DNA from: an uncultured delta proteobacterium
GTDB lineage: Bacteria > Myxococcota > Myxococcia > Myxococcales > Anaeromyxobacteraceae
DNA: 64,000 nucleotides
Direction: 5' to 3'
Assembly (NCBI GenBank): GCA_963845515.1
Contig: CAWJSR010000039.1
Location: 49,768-113,767, forward strand
Part shown: piece by piece, positions 21,823-36,788 of the stretch
Position numbering within the stretch: the first letter of the stretch is position 1
How the letters are laid out: every line of letters begins with the position of its first letter
The notes under the pieces: generated by a model
Seen by the model: only the letters and a program-made list of their open reading frames with translations
Told to the model about the DNA's origin: nothing
Database searches by the model: none
Made by a program: the position numbers and the translations under genes

Positions 21823-22866
21823 TTATCCGATCGTCCAGGTGTCCGAGCCGGCGAGGAGCTTCGACAGGTCGGCGTCCTTCCTAGCGGCCTTGGTGGCGTC
21901 GATCTTCTCCCACGTCATCTCGTCCGCCGTCGGGCGCCGGACGTCGCGGAAGATGCCGACGGGCGTCGGGAAGCCAGGACGAGCCGTCATGCTCGCGAGC
22001 ATGTAGGCGACCGACGGATCCTCGCGCGTCGCGTCGTGGACCAGGATGTCCTTCTCGGAGATACCGCCCTCGCCGAGCGTGACGACCTCGAGCTGGATCG
22101 TCTGCGGGTTGAACCGGATCCCCTTCTTGTTCTCCTTGCCGAAGAGGAGCGGCTTCCCCTGCTCCATCCGGAGCTGCGCGTCCGCCTTCACCGCCTTGTC
22201 GGTGACGAAGTCGTAGGCGCCGTCGTTGAAGACCGGGCAGTTCTGGAAGACCTCGACGAAGACGCTCCCCTTGTGCTCCGCCGCGCCCTTGAGGACCGCG
22301 GCGAGGTGCGGCCCGTCCACGTCGATCGAGCGCGCGACGAAGGTGGCCCCGGCGCCCATCGCCAGCTCGGGCGGGTTGAAGGGGTAGTCCGGGGAGCCCT
22401 GCGGCGTCGTCTTCGTCTTCTTGCCCAGCTCGGAGGTCGGCGAGACCTGCCCCTTCGTCAGGCCGTAGATGCGGTTGTTGAACAGCAGCAGCTTGATGTC
22501 GAGGTTGCGGCGCATCGCGTGGATGAAGTGGTTGCCGCCGATGGCCAGCGCGTCGCCGTCGCCGGTGATGACCCAGACCATCAGCTCCGGGCGAGAGACC
22601 TTGAGCCCCGAGGCGAAGGACGGGGCGCGCCCGTGGAGCGTGTGCATCCCGTAGTTGTTCATGTAGTACGGGAAGCGGGAGGAGCAGCCGATGCCGGAGA
22701 CGAAGACGATGTTCTCGCGCCTCACGCCGGTGCCCGGGAGCAGCCGCTGCACCTGGTTGATGATCGCGTAGTCGCCGCAGCCGGGGCACCAGCGCGGATC
22801 CACGCCGGACTCGAAGTCCTTCTTGGTGTACGTCGGGAGCGCCGTGCGCGCGTCGGTGATGGACAT
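21823..22866 (-). CDS. 2-oxoacid:ferredoxin oxidoreductase beta subunit (two-subunit type)
   Basis: PRWCPGCGD, SGIGCSSRFPYY, HGRAP, GDGDALAIGGNH, NNRIYGLTKGQ.SPT. Confidence 0.94.
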   Translation of the reverse strand: MSITDARTALPTYTKKDFESGVDPRWCPGCGDYAIINQVQRLLPGTGVRRENIVFVSGIGCSSRFPYYMNNYGMHTLHGRAPSFASGLKVSRPELMVWVITGDGDALAIGGNHFIHAMRRNLDIKLLLFNNRIYGLTKGQVSPTSELGKKTKTTPQGSPDYPFNPPELAMGAGATFVARSIDVDGPHLAAVLKGAAEHKGSVFVEVFQNCPVFNDGAYDFVTDKAVKADAQLRMEQGKPLLFGKENKKGIRFNPQTIQLEVVTLGEGGISEKDILVHDATREDPSVAYMLASMTARPGFPTPVGIFRDVRRPTADEMTWEKIDATKAARKDADLSKLLAGSDTWTIG

Positions 22867-22890
22867 GATCGTCGGTTCCTTTCCCGGCAG

Positions 22891-24753
<1,863 letters not shown>

Positions 24754-24912
24754 GGGAGCAGTCGTCTCCTGAGCGTTTGCAGTGAGGGTGCTCTGGGTAT
24801 CTAAGAACCTTTGCTCCGTAGCGCAGGCCTTTGTCGTGGCCCCATGAGGGATCGTGCGCCCCACGAGCGCGGTATCCCGTGGAGGGCGCTGCCGCTTCCG
24901 GCTGCGACCGCG

Positions 24913-26301
24913 CTAGGGGGAGCTGAAGATCTTCCCGGGGTTCAGGATTCCAAGGGGATCGAAGACCCCCTTCAGCCGGCGCTGGAGCGCGACCAGGTCC
25001 CTCCCCTGCTCGTAGACCAGGAAGTCGCGCTTGCCGAGCCCCACCCCGTGCTCCCCCGTGATGGTTCCGCCCAGGTCGACCGCGGCGCGAAGGATCTCGG
25101 CGACCGCCTCGTCCACCGCCGGCCGCTCTTCGGGCCGATCGAAGAGGACGTTGCAGTGGAGGTTCCCGTCGCCGGCGTGGCCGTAGGTCGCGACGACGAG
25201 TCCCCGCCCCTCGCCCGCCCGCTTCGCCCGCTCCACCATCTCGGGGATGCGCGAGCGCGGGACGGCGATGTCCTCGGACAGCTTGTACGGGTGGAGCGCC
25301 TTGAGGTTCACCGAGAGGTACCGGCGCGTCTCCCAGATGGCCCGCCGCTGGGCCTCGTTCTGGGCGACGACGACGTCTCCCGATGCGTCTCCCTGGACGG
25401 CGTCGGCGATCTTCACGATCTCGGCGAAGACCTGCTCCTCGTCGTTGCCGTCGGTCTCGACGAGCAGCGCAGCCCCCGCGCCAGGCGGGAACTGGAAGGG
25501 GGAGGTCTTCATCGCCGCGGCGAGCGAGACGTCGTCCATCAGCTCGAGGCAGCGTGGGAGGACCCCCTGCGCGAGGACTCGCGTGACGGCACGCGCCGCG
25601 ACCGCCACCGACTCGAAGGCCACCAGCGCCGTCGCCACGTGACGCGGGCGCGGGATGAGCTTGACCATCACCTCGGTGACGATCCCGAGCGTCCCCTCGC
25701 TCCCCACGAAGAGCGAGGTCAGGTCGTAGCCGGCGACGCCCTTGATGCTCCGGTGGCCGACCCGGAGGATCTCGCCGGTCGGGATGACCACCGTGAGCCC
25801 CAGCACGTACTCGCGCGTGACGCCGTACTTGAGCGCCCGCGGCCCGCCGGCGTTCTCCGCCACGTTGCCGCCCAGGGTGCAGATCTCCAGCGAGTTCGGG
25901 TCCGGCGGGTAGAAGAGCCCCAGCCTCTCGACCTCTGCCTGGAAGACGCCGGTGATGACCCCAGGCTCGACGCGCGCGACCAGGTCCTCGGGGCTCACCT
26001 CGAGGATCCGGTTCATCCTCTCCAGCGACACGGCTATGCCGCCCTGGATCGCGAGGACGCCCCCGGACTTCCCGGAGCGGGCCGCGACCGGGATCACCGG
26101 CACGCGGTGGCGAGCGGCTATCTCGAAGACCCGCTGCACGTCGGCGGCGCTCTCGACGAGCACCGCGACGTCCGGAGCGTAGGTCCCGAGCTCCGACTCG
26201 TCGTGACCGTACTCGGCGAGCCGATCGGGCGCCTGAACCACGCTGCGCGCACCGAACGCGGCGAGGAGGTCCTTCACCGCCTCCAGGATCGGTGTCGCCA
26301 T
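24913..26301 (-). CDS. FAD-linked oxidase, GlcD/D-lactate dehydrogenase family
   Basis: FYPPDPNS, GGNVAENAGG..ALKYGVT, GSEGTLG, GHAGDGNLH, GEHGVG, DPLGILNPGK. Confidence 0.92.
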   Translation of the reverse strand: MATPILEAVKDLLAAFGARSVVQAPDRLAEYGHDESELGTYAPDVAVLVESAADVQRVFEIAARHRVPVIPVAARSGKSGGVLAIQGGIAVSLERMNRILEVSPEDLVARVEPGVITGVFQAEVERLGLFYPPDPNSLEICTLGGNVAENAGGPRALKYGVTREYVLGLTVVIPTGEILRVGHRSIKGVAGYDLTSLFVGSEGTLGIVTEVMVKLIPRPRHVATALVAFESVAVAARAVTRVLAQGVLPRCLELMDDVSLAAAMKTSPFQFPPGAGAALLVETDGNDEEQVFAEIVKIADAVQGDASGDVVVAQNEAQRRAIWETRRYLSVNLKALHPYKLSEDIAVPRSRIPEMVERAKRAGEGRGLVVATYGHAGDGNLHCNVLFDRPEERPAVDEAVAEILRAAVDLGGTITGEHGVGLGKRDFLVYEQGRDLVALQRRLKGVFDPLGILNPGKIFSSP

Positions 26302-26305
26302 GGGA

Positions 26306-26932
26306 TCACCTCTTCGGCGCAGCGCGCCCCACGAGCCGCAGGAAGCGGCGCTGGAGCCGCTCGTCCCGGCGCATGACGCCGAGGAACGCGTCGGCGTGGG
26401 CGCGTGCGTGGGGCCGCCGGCCTCCCCGCACGGTCATGCATAGCTGCTCGGCGTCGAGGATGCAGGCGGCGCCGCGGGCGCCGAGGTGGCGCACGAGCGC
26501 GTCGGCGACGCTCCGCGCCAGGTCCTCCTGCAGGACGAACCGGTGCGCGAGCGCGTCCACTAGCTGGACGATCTGGCCGAAGCCGGCGATCCGATCGCCC
26601 GGGACGTAGGCGACGTGGGCCACTCCCCGGGAAGGCAGCAGGTGGTGCGGGCAGATCGAGTGGAAGTCGATGCCGGTGACCGCGACGAGATCGCGCTCCC
26701 GCGACGGGATCGCGTCGGCGAGGATCTCCGCCGGGTCCCGGCGGTATCCGTCGAGCAGGTCACCCAGCCAGGCCTGCGTCACGCGCTGCGGCGTGAGCGC
26801 GAGCGCCTCCGAGCGGCGGACCTCCGCGGGGAGCCCCATCGCGTCGAGGAACGCGGAGATGGCGCGGGCGGCGCCTTCGGGGGAGGCGTCGGGCCGGCGC
26901 TCGGATCTGGCCGGCTTGCGCTTCGCGACCAC
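26306..26932 (-). CDS. folE: GTP cyclohydrolase I
   Basis: TPQRV, S.CPHHLLP..G.AH.AY.P, LQE, LCM..RG. Confidence 0.85.
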   Translation of the reverse strand: MVAKRKPARSERRPDASPEGAARAISAFLDAMGLPAEVRRSEALALTPQRVTQAWLGDLLDGYRRDPAEILADAIPSRERDLVAVTGIDFHSICPHHLLPSRGVAHVAYVPGDRIAGFGQIVQLVDALAHRFVLQEDLARSVADALVRHLGARGAACILDAEQLCMTVRGGRRPHARAHADAFLGVMRRDERLQRRFLRLVGRAAPKR

Positions 26933-26941
26933 GCGGACCCG

Positions 26942-27268
26942 CTACGGCGCCGGCGGCGGGTTCACGCCCCCGGCCGCTTCGAACGCCTCTGCGGACAGGT
27001 TGAGCGCGTTCTTCAGGACCTGGCTGGGTCGGAACGTCAGCACCCGCCGGGCGCTGATCTCGATCTCCTCGCCAGTCTGCGGGTTTCGGCCGACTCGCGA
27101 CTTCTTGTCGCGAACGATGAAGTTCCCGAAGCCGCTGATCTTGATCTTCTCGCCGCGCTCCAGGGTCTCCTTGATGGTGTCGAAGACCATCTCGACGATC
27201 TCGGCAGCTTCCTTCTTGGAGAAGCCGACCTTCTCGTAGACGTTCTCGATGATGTCTGCCTTGGTCAC
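26942..27268 (-). CDS. ihfA: Integration host factor alpha subunit
   Basis: TKADI, KISGFGNF.VRDK..RVGRNPQTGEEI.ISARRVLTF.PS; downstream of pheT. Confidence 0.95.
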   Translation of the reverse strand: MTKADIIENVYEKVGFSKKEAAEIVEMVFDTIKETLERGEKIKISGFGNFIVRDKKSRVGRNPQTGEEIEISARRVLTFRPSQVLKNALNLSAEAFEAAGGVNPPPAP

Positions 27269-27360
27269 GGCGGAGCGCCCCCCGGAGAATCGATGGCTAA
27301 GTACCCGATTCGTTAACCAATTTTCCGCACCCTGTCAAACAAGCGCCACGTTTGGGGCGC

Positions 27361-27600
27361 TCAGCGCCGCGACTCGAGCCGCTCCAGCTCCTTGCGCGCG
27401 GTGTCACGGGGAGCCCGAGTGGCCTCCTCGGCCTGGTCGAGCTGCGCCTTCCGGGCCTCGGGAGGGAGCCCTTCGACGACCGGGCGGTCGTCGATCCAGC
27501 GCCCGGCCCCGGCGAGCCACGCGAGCACGGCCAGGGTGACGATCGCGCCTGCGGCGGCGATGGCGACGAGCACTCTGCGCGTCAGCCGGCCGCGTTCCAT
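27361..27600 (-). CDS. Small single-TM hypothetical protein
   Basis: Starts 3 nt after the pheT stop; one hydrophobic helix then a charged helix. Confidence 0.55.
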   Translation of the reverse strand: MERGRLTRRVLVAIAAAGAIVTLAVLAWLAGAGRWIDDRPVVEGLPPEARKAQLDQAEEATRAPRDTARKELERLESRR

Positions 27601-27603
27601 CCC

Positions 27604-30057
27604 CTACCCCCGCAGCTCCGCGCCGACCTTCTCAGCAAGGCGCTTCACGATCTTCGCGTGCGCGCCGTCGGCCTCGGCGTCCGTGAGCGTGCGGTCCGCG
27701 GCGCGATAGCTGATGGCGAGGGCGAGGTTCTTCTTCCCCGCAGGCAGCGGCGCGCCCCGGTAGACGTCGAAGAGCGTGACCGCCTCGACGAGCGGCTCCT
27801 CGCGGACCACCGCCTCGACCGCGGCCGCGGCGACCTCCTCCTGCACGACGACCGCGAGGTCTCGCAGGACCGCCGGGAGGCGAGGGATCTGCCGGTACTG
27901 TGGCACGAGCTTCATCCGGCGGAGCAGCGCCTCCAGCGAGAGGCGCAGCGCGAGGACGCCTCGGGGGAGATCGAACGCCGCCGCCACGCGCGGGTGGAGC
28001 TCGCCCACCTCGCCGAGGAGCTCGTCGCCGTCGGCCGCGAGCAGCGCTGCGGAGGTTCGCGGGTGGAGCCAGCCGTCCCCGCTGGCGCGCCACCGGACTT
28101 CGACGCCGAGCGCCTCGAGGACGGCCTGCGCGGCCCCCTTGGCGTCGTAGAAGTCGAGCGGCTCGCTGCCGCCGGCAGCCCAGCCGGCGGGGCTCCGCCT
28201 GCCGCAGAGCACCGCAGCGACCTCGACGGATTCCGCGGTGGGGCGATCCTTCGGGTCGTGGTGCGTGTGGTACACGCTGGCGATCTCGTAGAGCCGCACG
28301 TCCTCGACCCGCTGGCGCCGGTTGTGCGCGACGTTCTTGAGCAGGGAGGGCACCAGGCTCGTCCGCATCACCGAGAGGTCGGCGCTGATCGGGTTCTTGA
28401 GCGCGACGCCGAGCGCACGGCCGCTGCCGTCGCCAGTGACGACGTGCTTCTCGAAGGGTTCGAGCTCGCGCTCCGCCACGAAGCTGAAGTTCACGGCCTC
28501 GGCGAAGCCGGACGCCTCGAGGGCGGCGCGGATGCGCGCGATCGCCTGGAGCTCGAGCGACTCCACGGGGGTGGCGACGGCGGTGCGCGGGAGGGTCTCG
28601 GGGATGGCGTGGTAGCCCTTCGTCCGGACGATCTCCTCGACGAGGTCCTCCTCGATCGAGACGTCCACGCGCCAGCTCGGGACGACGAACGTCGCCCCCT
28701 CGGCGTCGGCCGCCCTCTCGACGAAGCCGAGCCCGGCGAGGATCTTCTCGGCGTCGGCGCGTGGGATGTCCATCCCCAGGAGCTGTGCCGGGCGCTTCCA
28801 GCGCAGCCGGACCTCGCCTGGCTTCGCCGGGACTGGATTGGCGTCGACGATCCCGGGCCGGACCGTGCCGCCGGACAGCTCGGCGATCAGCGCCGCGCAG
28901 CGGTCGACCGCCGGGATCACCATCCCCGGGTCCGCGCCGCGCTCGAAGCGGTAGGAGGCCTCGCTCTTGAGCCCCTGGCGGCGCGAGGTGCGCCGGATGG
29001 TGCTCGGCTGGAAGAACGCCGACTCCAGGAGCACGCGGGTCGTCGCCTGCGAGATCTCCGAGACGCTGCCGCCCATCACACCGGCCAGCGCGCTGCCCTG
29101 GTCCGCGTCGGCGATGAGGAGATCCTCGGTCTCGAGCGCTCGCTCCTTGCCGTCGAGCGTCGTGATCTTCTCGCCCTTGCGCGCGGTCCGGACGACGATC
29201 TGGTGGCCGGCGACCTTGTCGAGGTCGAAGGCGTGGAGCGGGTGGCCAAGCTCCAGCAGGACGAAGTTGGTCGCATCGACCACGTTGGAGATGGAGCGGA
29301 CGCCGCACCCCTCCAGCCGCCGCTGCAGCCAGAGCGGCGAGGGACCGATCTTCACCCCCTCGATGACGCGCGCGGAGTAGCGGGGGCACTTCTCGGGGGC
29401 GTCGATCCGCACCTCGACGAGGCTCGCGGCCGCTGCCCCCGCCTCTGCCAGCTTCGGCGCCGGCAACCGCACGGGGTTGCCGAGGATCGCGGCGACCTCG
29501 CGCGCGATCCCCACGTGGGAGAGCGCGTCGGGCCGGTTGGGGGTGACGTTGATCTCGAGGAAGACGTCGGCGAGCTGGAGTGCCGCGGCGATCGGAGTCC
29601 CCGGCGCCACGTCCGTCGGCAGGATGAGGAGCCCGCTGGCGTCCGCCGCGAGCCCCAGCTCCTTCGCCGAGCAGAGCATGCCGAACGACTCGGTGCCGCG
29701 CAGCTTCGCCTTCTCGATCTTCAGCCCGCCCGGGAGGGTGGCGCCCACCTTCGCGAGCGGCACGACGTCGCCGACGGAGTAATTCTTGGCGCCGCAGACG
29801 ATCTGGAGCGGCTCGCCGCTCCCGGCGTCCACCTTCGTCACCGAGAGCTTCTCGGCGTTGGGGTGCTTCTCCGAGGCCACGATCCGGGCGGCGACGACCC
29901 CCTCGAGCCCCTGCCCCGTCCGCTCGATCCCTTCGACCTCGAGCCCTACGGCCGTGAGGCGCCTCGCGACCTCATCGACGTCGAGCGAAGGCCCGGCCGG
30001 CGAGACCAGCACCGGGAGGTCGACGTATTCGGAGAGCCACTTGAGCGAGATGCGCAT
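27604..30057 (-). CDS. pheT: Phenylalanine-tRNA ligase beta subunit
   Basis: HPNAEKL, IVCGA.N, GMLCS..ELG, TPNRPD.LS..GIARE, S.RFERG.D, C-terminal FDX-ACB domain. Confidence 0.98.
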   Translation of the reverse strand: MRISLKWLSEYVDLPVLVSPAGPSLDVDEVARRLTAVGLEVEGIERTGQGLEGVVAARIVASEKHPNAEKLSVTKVDAGSGEPLQIVCGAKNYSVGDVVPLAKVGATLPGGLKIEKAKLRGTESFGMLCSAKELGLAADASGLLILPTDVAPGTPIAAALQLADVFLEINVTPNRPDALSHVGIAREVAAILGNPVRLPAPKLAEAGAAAASLVEVRIDAPEKCPRYSARVIEGVKIGPSPLWLQRRLEGCGVRSISNVVDATNFVLLELGHPLHAFDLDKVAGHQIVVRTARKGEKITTLDGKERALETEDLLIADADQGSALAGVMGGSVSEISQATTRVLLESAFFQPSTIRRTSRRQGLKSEASYRFERGADPGMVIPAVDRCAALIAELSGGTVRPGIVDANPVPAKPGEVRLRWKRPAQLLGMDIPRADAEKILAGLGFVERAADAEGATFVVPSWRVDVSIEEDLVEEIVRTKGYHAIPETLPRTAVATPVESLELQAIARIRAALEASGFAEAVNFSFVAERELEPFEKHVVTGDGSGRALGVALKNPISADLSVMRTSLVPSLLKNVAHNRRQRVEDVRLYEIASVYHTHHDPKDRPTAESVEVAAVLCGRRSPAGWAAGGSEPLDFYDAKGAAQAVLEALGVEVRWRASGDGWLHPRTSAALLAADGDELLGEVGELHPRVAAAFDLPRGVLALRLSLEALLRRMKLVPQYRQIPRLPAVLRDLAVVVQEEVAAAAVEAVVREEPLVEAVTLFDVYRGAPLPAGKKNLALAISYRAADRTLTDAEADGAHAKIVKRLAEKVGAELRG

Positions 30058-30069
30058 CGGAAGGCCCGA

Positions 30070-31591
<1,522 letters not shown>

Positions 31592-31693
31592 CGACTTCTC
31601 CTGGTGCCGGTGGGAGGTCCCGCCGCCCGACCCTCATGGTCTGGCGCCGCGACGCTTTTGAGCCCCGCCTGGGCGATGGTCCGACGGCCGGTG

Positions 31694-31897
31694 CTACCGG
31701 CTGTACGGAAGGGACTGCTTGATCTTCTTGGCGTCCATGTCGGCGAGGTGACCGGTACCCCGGAGACCGACCTTCTGCTTCTTCGTCTTCCCGAACGTGG
31801 CGAGGTGACGGACGCCGGCGCGGCGGAACTTCACCGCGCCGCTCTTCTTCACCTGGAACCGCTTCTTGGCGCCGCTGTTCGACTTGAGCTTTGGCAT
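31694..31897 (-). CDS. rpmI: 50S ribosomal protein L35
   Basis: MPKLKS.SGAKKRF...H...LPY; ATG at 31897. Confidence 0.96.
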   Translation of the reverse strand: MPKLKSNSGAKKRFQVKKSGAVKFRRAGVRHLATFGKTKKQKVGLRGTGHLADMDAKKIKQSLPYSR

Positions 31898-31956
31898 CTT
31901 CGTGCTTCCTTCTTCAGAGTCGTGCTGGGGCCGCGACGAGCGCGGCCGGTTCACCG

Positions 31957-32709
31957 CTACTGCGCGGACCCGGTGCCGCCCTGCGGCGGCTCCGTGGGCG
32001 CGGGAGTCGTCGAAGCCTCCGGAGCAGCCTGGGCAGCCGGGGCGTCCGGAGCAGCCGGGGACGGGGCCGGGGTCGCGGGCGACGGCGCAGCAGCCGCGGA
32101 TGCAGCGCCCGCCTCCGCCTTGGCCGCCGCCATCTCGGCGGCCTGCGCCCTGGACCGCTGCGCCTGCAGCAGCTTCGGGTTGGGCGCGACGATCATGAAG
32201 AGGAGGCGCCCTTCCATCCTGGGCACCGACTCGATGACCGCAACGTCCTTGATGTCGTTCATGATCCGCTCGAGCACCTTCGTCCCGAGCTCGCGGTGCG
32301 ACATCTCGCGGCCGCGGAACATGACGGTGATCTTGGCCTTGTTTGCCTCGGCCAGGAACTCGCGGATCTTCTTCAGCTTGGTCTCGTAGTCGTGCTCCTC
32401 GGTGCGAGGCCGGAACTTGACCTCCTTGAGGAGCACCACCACCTGCTTCTTCTTGGCCTCGTTCTGCTTCTTCTTCTCGAGGTACTTGAACTTGCCGTAA
32501 TCCAGGATCTTGCAGACGGGCGGCTTGGTCATGGGGCTGACCTCGACGAGATCGAGCCCCTCTTCCTGAGCTTTCGCCAACGCCTGCTCGATCGTGAGGA
32601 CCCCGAGCTGCTCGCCCGCGGACCCGATCACGCGGACCTCACGCGCCTTGATACGGCGGTTGGTCCTTGCGTCGCGATTGGTTCTGACGTCCCGCTGCTG
32701 GTGGTTCAG
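31957..32709 (-). CDS. infC: Translation initiation factor IF-3, predicted CTG start, Ala/Pro-rich C-terminal extension
   Basis: N..I.AREVRVIG, DLVEVSP...PPVCKILDYGKFKY, KEVKFRP, FRGRE; the frame extends upstream of the ORF-track start to a CTG 7 nt after GGAGGG. Confidence 0.95.
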   Translation of the reverse strand: MNHQQRDVRTNRDARTNRRIKAREVRVIGSAGEQLGVLTIEQALAKAQEEGLDLVEVSPMTKPPVCKILDYGKFKYLEKKKQNEAKKKQVVVLLKEVKFRPRTEEHDYETKLKKIREFLAEANKAKITVMFRGREMSHRELGTKVLERIMNDIKDVAVIESVPRMEGRLLFMIVAPNPKLLQAQRSRAQAAEMAAAKAEAGAASAAAAPSPATPAPSPAAPDAPAAQAAPEASTTPAPTEPPQGGTGSAQ

Positions 32710-32736
32710 GCTGAGGCCCTCCGAAAAAGATGGTGC

Positions 32737-32764
32737 AGGATAAGGATTTTGCGAGCGAAGTCAA
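32737..32764 (-). promoter_or_regulatory. sigma70 promoter for infC-rpmI-rplT
   Basis: TTGACT-N16-TATCCT. Confidence 0.65.
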
Positions 32765-32768
32765 CGGA

Positions 32769-32797
32769 GGGACGGCCGAGTGGGTCTCGGCCGCCCC
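32769..32797 (-). terminator. Hairpin ending the leu-ilv operon
   Basis: GGGGCGGCCGAG-accca-CTCGGCCGTCCC just after the ilvC stop. Confidence 0.6.
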
Positions 32798-32815
32798 ATC
32801 CGACGCCCATGCGGG

Positions 32816-34392
<1,577 letters not shown>

Positions 34393-36102
34393 TCACTCAC
34401 CGTCGATCATGTCGTTGAGGGGAGCGCCTGCCGGGACCATCGGGAAGACCTTCTCCTGCCGCCGGACGCGGACGTCGACGATGGTCGGACCCGCCTTGTT
34501 GGCGAGCGCCTGATCGATGACCCTGTCGAGCTCCTCGACCGTCGTCGCGCGGAGCCCGAGGCAGCCGTAGGCGTCGGCGAGCTTCACGAAGTCGGGGCAG
34601 TCCGAGAGCGGCGTCCCGGAGAAGCGGTTGTCGTGGAAGAGCTCCTGCCACTGCCGGACCATCCCGAGGAACAGGTTGTTCAGGATGAAGATCTTGATCG
34701 GCAGCTTGAGGTCGACCGCCGTCGCGAGGTCCTGCAGCGTCATCTGGAAGGAGCCGTCGCCGTCGATCCCGATGACCGTCTCGCCCGGCCGCCCGAGCTG
34801 GATGCCGATGGCGGAGGGGAGGCAGAAGCCCATCGTCCCGAGGCCGCTGGAGCTGATGAACTGGCGCGGCGCGCTCGTCTTCCAGTACTGCGCGGCGAAC
34901 ATCTGGTGCTCGCCGACGCCGGTGGTGACGACGCACTTGCCGCCATCGGTCTTCTGCCAGAGCCGCTCGACGACGTACTGCGGGAGGAGGTACTTCGCGC
35001 CGTCCTGCTGGTACTTGAGCGGGTGCTTCGCGCGCCACTCGTCCACGCGCTTCCACCACGCCGTGAGGTCCGGCTTCCCGTGCTGCTCGAAGCCGCGCCG
35101 GACCTCCTCGCCAAGCTGCGGGAGGAGCCGCTTGATGTCGCCGACGAGCGGGACCGTGGCGTTGACCAGCTTGGAGATCTCGGCCGGGTCGATGTCGAGG
35201 TGGACCACCTTCGCCTCGGGGGCGAAGGTCGAGAGCTTCCCGGTGACGCGGTCGTCGAAGCGGGCGCCGAGGGCGATGATCAGGTCCGAGTTCTGGACCG
35301 TGTAGTTGGCGAAGCGCGTCCCGTGCATGCCGAACATGCCGAGGCACTGCTTGTCGGTCTCCGGGAAGGACCCCTTGCCGGGGAGCGTCGTCACGACGGG
35401 CGCGCCGACGAGCCTGGCGAAGGCCTGCACCTCGAGGTGCGCGTTCGAGGTGCGGACGCCCCCGCCGAGGTAGATGACCGGCCGCGTGGCCTGCCTGACG
35501 AGCACCGCGGCGTCCTTCAGCCGCGGCTCCTCGTGCACCGGCGGGTGGTACCCGGGGATCTCGACCGACTCCGGGTACTCGAAGTCGATCTCGGTGTTCT
35601 GGATGTCCTTCGGGATGTCGACGAGCACCGGCCCGGGGCGGCCGGTCCGCGCGACGTAGAAGGCCTCCTTGAGGATCCGGGGGAGCTCACGGGCGTCGGT
35701 CACCAGCCAGTTGTGCTTGGTGATCGGCATCGTGATGCCGGTGATGTCGGCCTCCTGGAACGCGTCGGAGCCGATGAGCGCGGTCGCCACGTTCCCGGTG
35801 ATCGCGACGAGCGGCACCGAGTCGAGGTACGCGTCGGCGATCGCGGTCACCAGGTTGGTCGCGCCGGGACCGGAGGTGCCGAGGCAGACGCCGACCTTGC
35901 CCGTCGCGTGCGCGAAGCCCTCGGCGGCGTGGCCGCCGACCTGCTCGTGGCGGATGAGGACCGGCAGCGGCTTCTCGCACTGGAACAGCGCGTCGTAGAT
36001 CGGGATGATCGTCCCGCCCGGCATGCCGAAGATGTACTCGACGCCCTCGGCCTCGAGAGCCCGGCGGACCGCCATCGCTCCCGTCATCTTCACCTTAGCC
36101 AT
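34393..36102 (-). CDS. ilvB: Acetolactate synthase large subunit
   Basis: RHEQ, TSGPGATN, DAFQEAD, GARFDDRVTG, GDGSFQM, GMVRQWQ. Confidence 0.97.
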   Translation of the reverse strand: MAKVKMTGAMAVRRALEAEGVEYIFGMPGGTIIPIYDALFQCEKPLPVLIRHEQVGGHAAEGFAHATGKVGVCLGTSGPGATNLVTAIADAYLDSVPLVAITGNVATALIGSDAFQEADITGITMPITKHNWLVTDARELPRILKEAFYVARTGRPGPVLVDIPKDIQNTEIDFEYPESVEIPGYHPPVHEEPRLKDAAVLVRQATRPVIYLGGGVRTSNAHLEVQAFARLVGAPVVTTLPGKGSFPETDKQCLGMFGMHGTRFANYTVQNSDLIIALGARFDDRVTGKLSTFAPEAKVVHLDIDPAEISKLVNATVPLVGDIKRLLPQLGEEVRRGFEQHGKPDLTAWWKRVDEWRAKHPLKYQQDGAKYLLPQYVVERLWQKTDGGKCVVTTGVGEHQMFAAQYWKTSAPRQFISSSGLGTMGFCLPSAIGIQLGRPGETVIGIDGDGSFQMTLQDLATAVDLKLPIKIFILNNLFLGMVRQWQELFHDNRFSGTPLSDCPDFVKLADAYGCLGLRATTVEELDRVIDQALANKAGPTIVDVRVRRQEKVFPMVPAGAPLNDMIDGE

Positions 36103-36212
36103 GTCTCTCCCTGCCCTTTCTGGATGGTTCGGATCTTCGTCGCTCGCGTCTCGAGTCGATGGCGGCGGGTCACCCGCGCGGGCCGGCAGCGCCGGGGCGC
36201 GGACGCCCGCCC

Positions 36213-36785
36213 CTATACCTTCGACTCGAACGCGGCGATGGCGTCCGCCTGGGAGAGCAGGAAGCCCAGCTCGTCCACACCATTCATGAGGCAGTAGCGG
36301 CTGAAGCTCTCGATCGGGAACTTCGCCGTGCCGCCGTCGGGCAGCGTCACGGTCTGGCTCTCGAGATCGATCCGGATCTGGAAGCCCGGCGCCGCGATCA
36401 GCTGCGCGTGCGCGGCCGGCTCCAGGACGATCGGGAGGAGCCCGTTCTTGAGCGCGTTGCTGCGGAAGATGTCGGCGATGCGGGTGGAGATCACCGCCCT
36501 GAAGCCGTAGTCCGTCAGGGCCCAGGGCGCGTGCTCGCGGGACGAGCCGCAGCCGAAGTTGTCGCCGGCGACGAGGACGGTGCAGCCCTTCGCCGGAGGG
36601 GTGTTGAGCACGAAGTCCGGGCGAGGCTTCCCGTCGGCGTCATAGCGCCAGTCGGAGAAGAGCCCCTGCCCGAGCCCCTTCTTGTCGGTGACCTTGAGGA
36701 AGCGTCCCGGGATGATCTGGTCGGTGTCGATGTTGTCGCGCGCGATGACGACCGTGCGGCTCTCGATGGTGCGGATCGGTTCCAT
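36213..36785 (-). CDS. leuD: 3-isopropylmalate dehydratase small subunit
   Basis: [28 protein letters not shown]. Confidence 0.97.
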   Translation of the reverse strand: MEPIRTIESRTVVIARDNIDTDQIIPGRFLKVTDKKGLGQGLFSDWRYDADGKPRPDFVLNTPPAKGCTVLVAGDNFGCGSSREHAPWALTDYGFRAVISTRIADIFRSNALKNGLLPIVLEPAAHAQLIAAPGFQIRIDLESQTVTLPDGGTAKFPIESFSRYCLMNGVDELGFLLSQADAIAAFESKV

Positions 36786-36788
36786 GTC

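Noticed and set aside
27290..27340. Possible IHF site (AATCGG-N4-TTA) near a TTGACA upstream of ihfA
   Set aside because: Mismatch to the WATCAR-N4-TTR consensus and weak -10; too degenerate to support
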